The notes under the pieces are model-generated. The model ran no database searches, was not told the origin of the DNA, and worked only from the letters and a program-made list of their open reading frames with translations. Below, piece by piece: positions 33,280 through 34,351 of a DNA stretch of 34,351 bases (positions within the stretch are counted from its first letter, which is position 1; every line of letters starts with the position of its first letter). The position numbers were made by a program, and so were the translations under genes. Source of the stretch: an uncultured Pirellulales bacterium. Lineage in GTDB: Bacteria; Planctomycetota; Phycisphaerae; Sedimentisphaerales; Anaerobacaceae. The stretch covers positions 20,475 through 54,825 of the forward strand of contig CAYSHS010000001.1 in the NCBI GenBank assembly GCA_964430845.1, written 5' to 3'.

Positions 33280-34351
33280 TTAGTTTCCACTTTTATTGGT
33301 GGTGATATTATCAAGTTCATTTATCATATCTTCGTATTTTTTTAGCAATTCGTTAAGTTTATCAGATAAGCCGGTTGATGTATTTGTATGAATGTGAAAC
33401 CATCCAACTATGCCCAGAGACGGCCATCTATATAAAGGTAACTGCATTTCTTGTGTTTTGACATCAATATTGAATTGAGGTATAGACATAACTTCTATAC
33501 CTATTGCCACAGGATTCGGGCCGGTATCTTCATATCCGCGTTTACCCCAAGATTTACAATTAAAATAGTATTGAAAACCCTGTTGACTTATTGGGATATC
33601 TTTAATCCCCTCTAACTCCGGATATTCATTACCCAAAATTATTAGTTCAGCTTTGAGAGAAGAAAACACGTCTTCAATCGTTCGAATACTATTTATGCCA
33701 AATTTCTTATTTTCAATTATTATGGTTTTACTATCTATGACATCGAAAGCTGAAAGATTACTGAATACACATTTTTCCTCATGTACTCCGCCGCTATAGC
33801 CGCAGAGGAATTCGTATTCTCCGTCAGGTAAGTCAAATTGTATATCAATTTGCTTTTCCTTTCCTGTTTCGAGTGTAAAATCATGAGGCAGAGCGTTTTC
33901 TTTTCCAATTGTCCAGCTATAAAGTTCGCCATTAGCGGCGTATCCGCTTCCTTCCCAGCGAGGCTCCAAAGATCCTATTTCGAAATCCTGTCGAGTAATA
34001 AGGGCGTATGAAGGGCCGTCGGAGATGAACCAATTATTCTTTGAAATGTCTCTTTTTGTTAAAAGAGTTAACCCAAGCTCCTGGCTAAACATTTTAACTG
34101 ATTCTTTATTTTCATTAGTAATGATAATCGAGGCAATAGGTTTTCCATTTTCATTTATTTTGATACTTGAAGCAAGGCTGATTCCTTTCGTTTTAACCCA
34201 ATTGCGTTTTTCTTCAGGTGCATCTCCTATATATTGCAGTTTGCGTATGAGTCCATCTCCGGGATTTTTAGGCTGGTAAACATCTTCTGCTTCGATTTGT
34301 ACCGCTTGTCCAGCATATTTGCGAAGCTCATCTTTTACTTTTTCTGAAATA
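33280..34351 (-). CDS. Hypothetical protein, probably 5'-truncated by the window edge
   Basis: The ORF track starts at Met 34092. The same frame stays open with no stop up to base 34350 (ISEKVKDELRKYAGQAVQIEAEDVYQPKNPGDG...SVKMFSQE), so the gene likely begins beyond the window. No recognisable domain. Confidence 0.55.
   Translation of the reverse strand, partial: ISEKVKDELRKYAGQAVQIEAEDVYQPKNPGDGLIRKLQYIGDAPEEKRNWVKTKGISLASSIKINENGKPIASIIITNENKESVKMFSQELGLTLLTKRDISKNNWFISDGPSYALITRQDFEIGSLEPRWEGSGYAANGELYSWTIGKENALPHDFTLETGKEKQIDIQFDLPDGEYEFLCGYSGGVHEEKCVFSNLSAFDVIDSKTIIIENKKFGINSIRTIEDVFSSLKAELIILGNEYPELEGIKDIPISQQGFQYYFNCKSWGKRGYEDTGPNPVAIGIEVMSIPQFNIDVKTQEMQLPLYRWPSLGIVGWFHIHTNTSTGLSDKLNELLKKYEDMINELDNITTNKSGN

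Noticed and set aside
34025-34279. 84-aa plus-strand ORF
   Set aside because: It lies antisense to a minus-strand frame that stays open from 33280 to the window edge.
1-34351. CRISPR arrays, rRNA/tRNA genes, transposases, integrases, phage or toxin-antitoxin/defence modules
   Set aside because: I saw no regularly spaced repeats, no structured RNA gene signatures, and no ORFs with recombinase, nuclease or defence-type motifs on either strand.

Overview
AT-rich chromosomal segment from a diderm, LPS-producing bacterium. The gene content is reminiscent of the PVC/Planctomycetota group, but this is inference only. Left to right: (i) a head-to-tail array of at least four paralogous ~590-aa double-ABC-2 permease genes, one truncated by the window edge, followed 17 nt later by a MalK/UgpC-type sugar-importer-class ATPase. 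(ii) dTDP-sugar genes rmlA-rmlD-rmlB, with no rmlC. (iii) A visibly more AT-rich glycan-assembly block: three GT2 genes, glf, a CgeB-like GT, two uncharacterised GT-A-like proteins, a small membrane protein and a membrane-anchored CX5R phosphatase. (iv) A minus-strand envelope operon: transglutaminase-like/TPR protein, GT9, lpxD, lpxI and a two-domain Kdo/WaaP-type kinase. (v) A monocistronic dnaK preceded by a consensus sigma-54 -24/-12 element. (vi) A secreted GH27 alpha-galactosidase with a Gly/Arg-rich N-terminal insert. (vii) A ~1 kb gene-free region holding three tandem sRNA-like units whose large hairpin loops expose CU-rich anti-Shine-Dalgarno-like tracts. (viii) Lipoproteins, a TonB-dependent receptor and unknown proteins. 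I found no rRNA, tRNA, CRISPR array, transposase or integrase. The most notable non-annotated signals are the sRNA-like trio, a ~20-26 nt intergenic motif (GTAATTGAACTTTTGYAAAA) present as inverted pairs bracketing two ~2.1-2.2 kb segments, the sigma-54 element at dnaK, and the permease array paired with a mismatched ATPase class. All family assignments come from motif recognition by eye. No database search was run.
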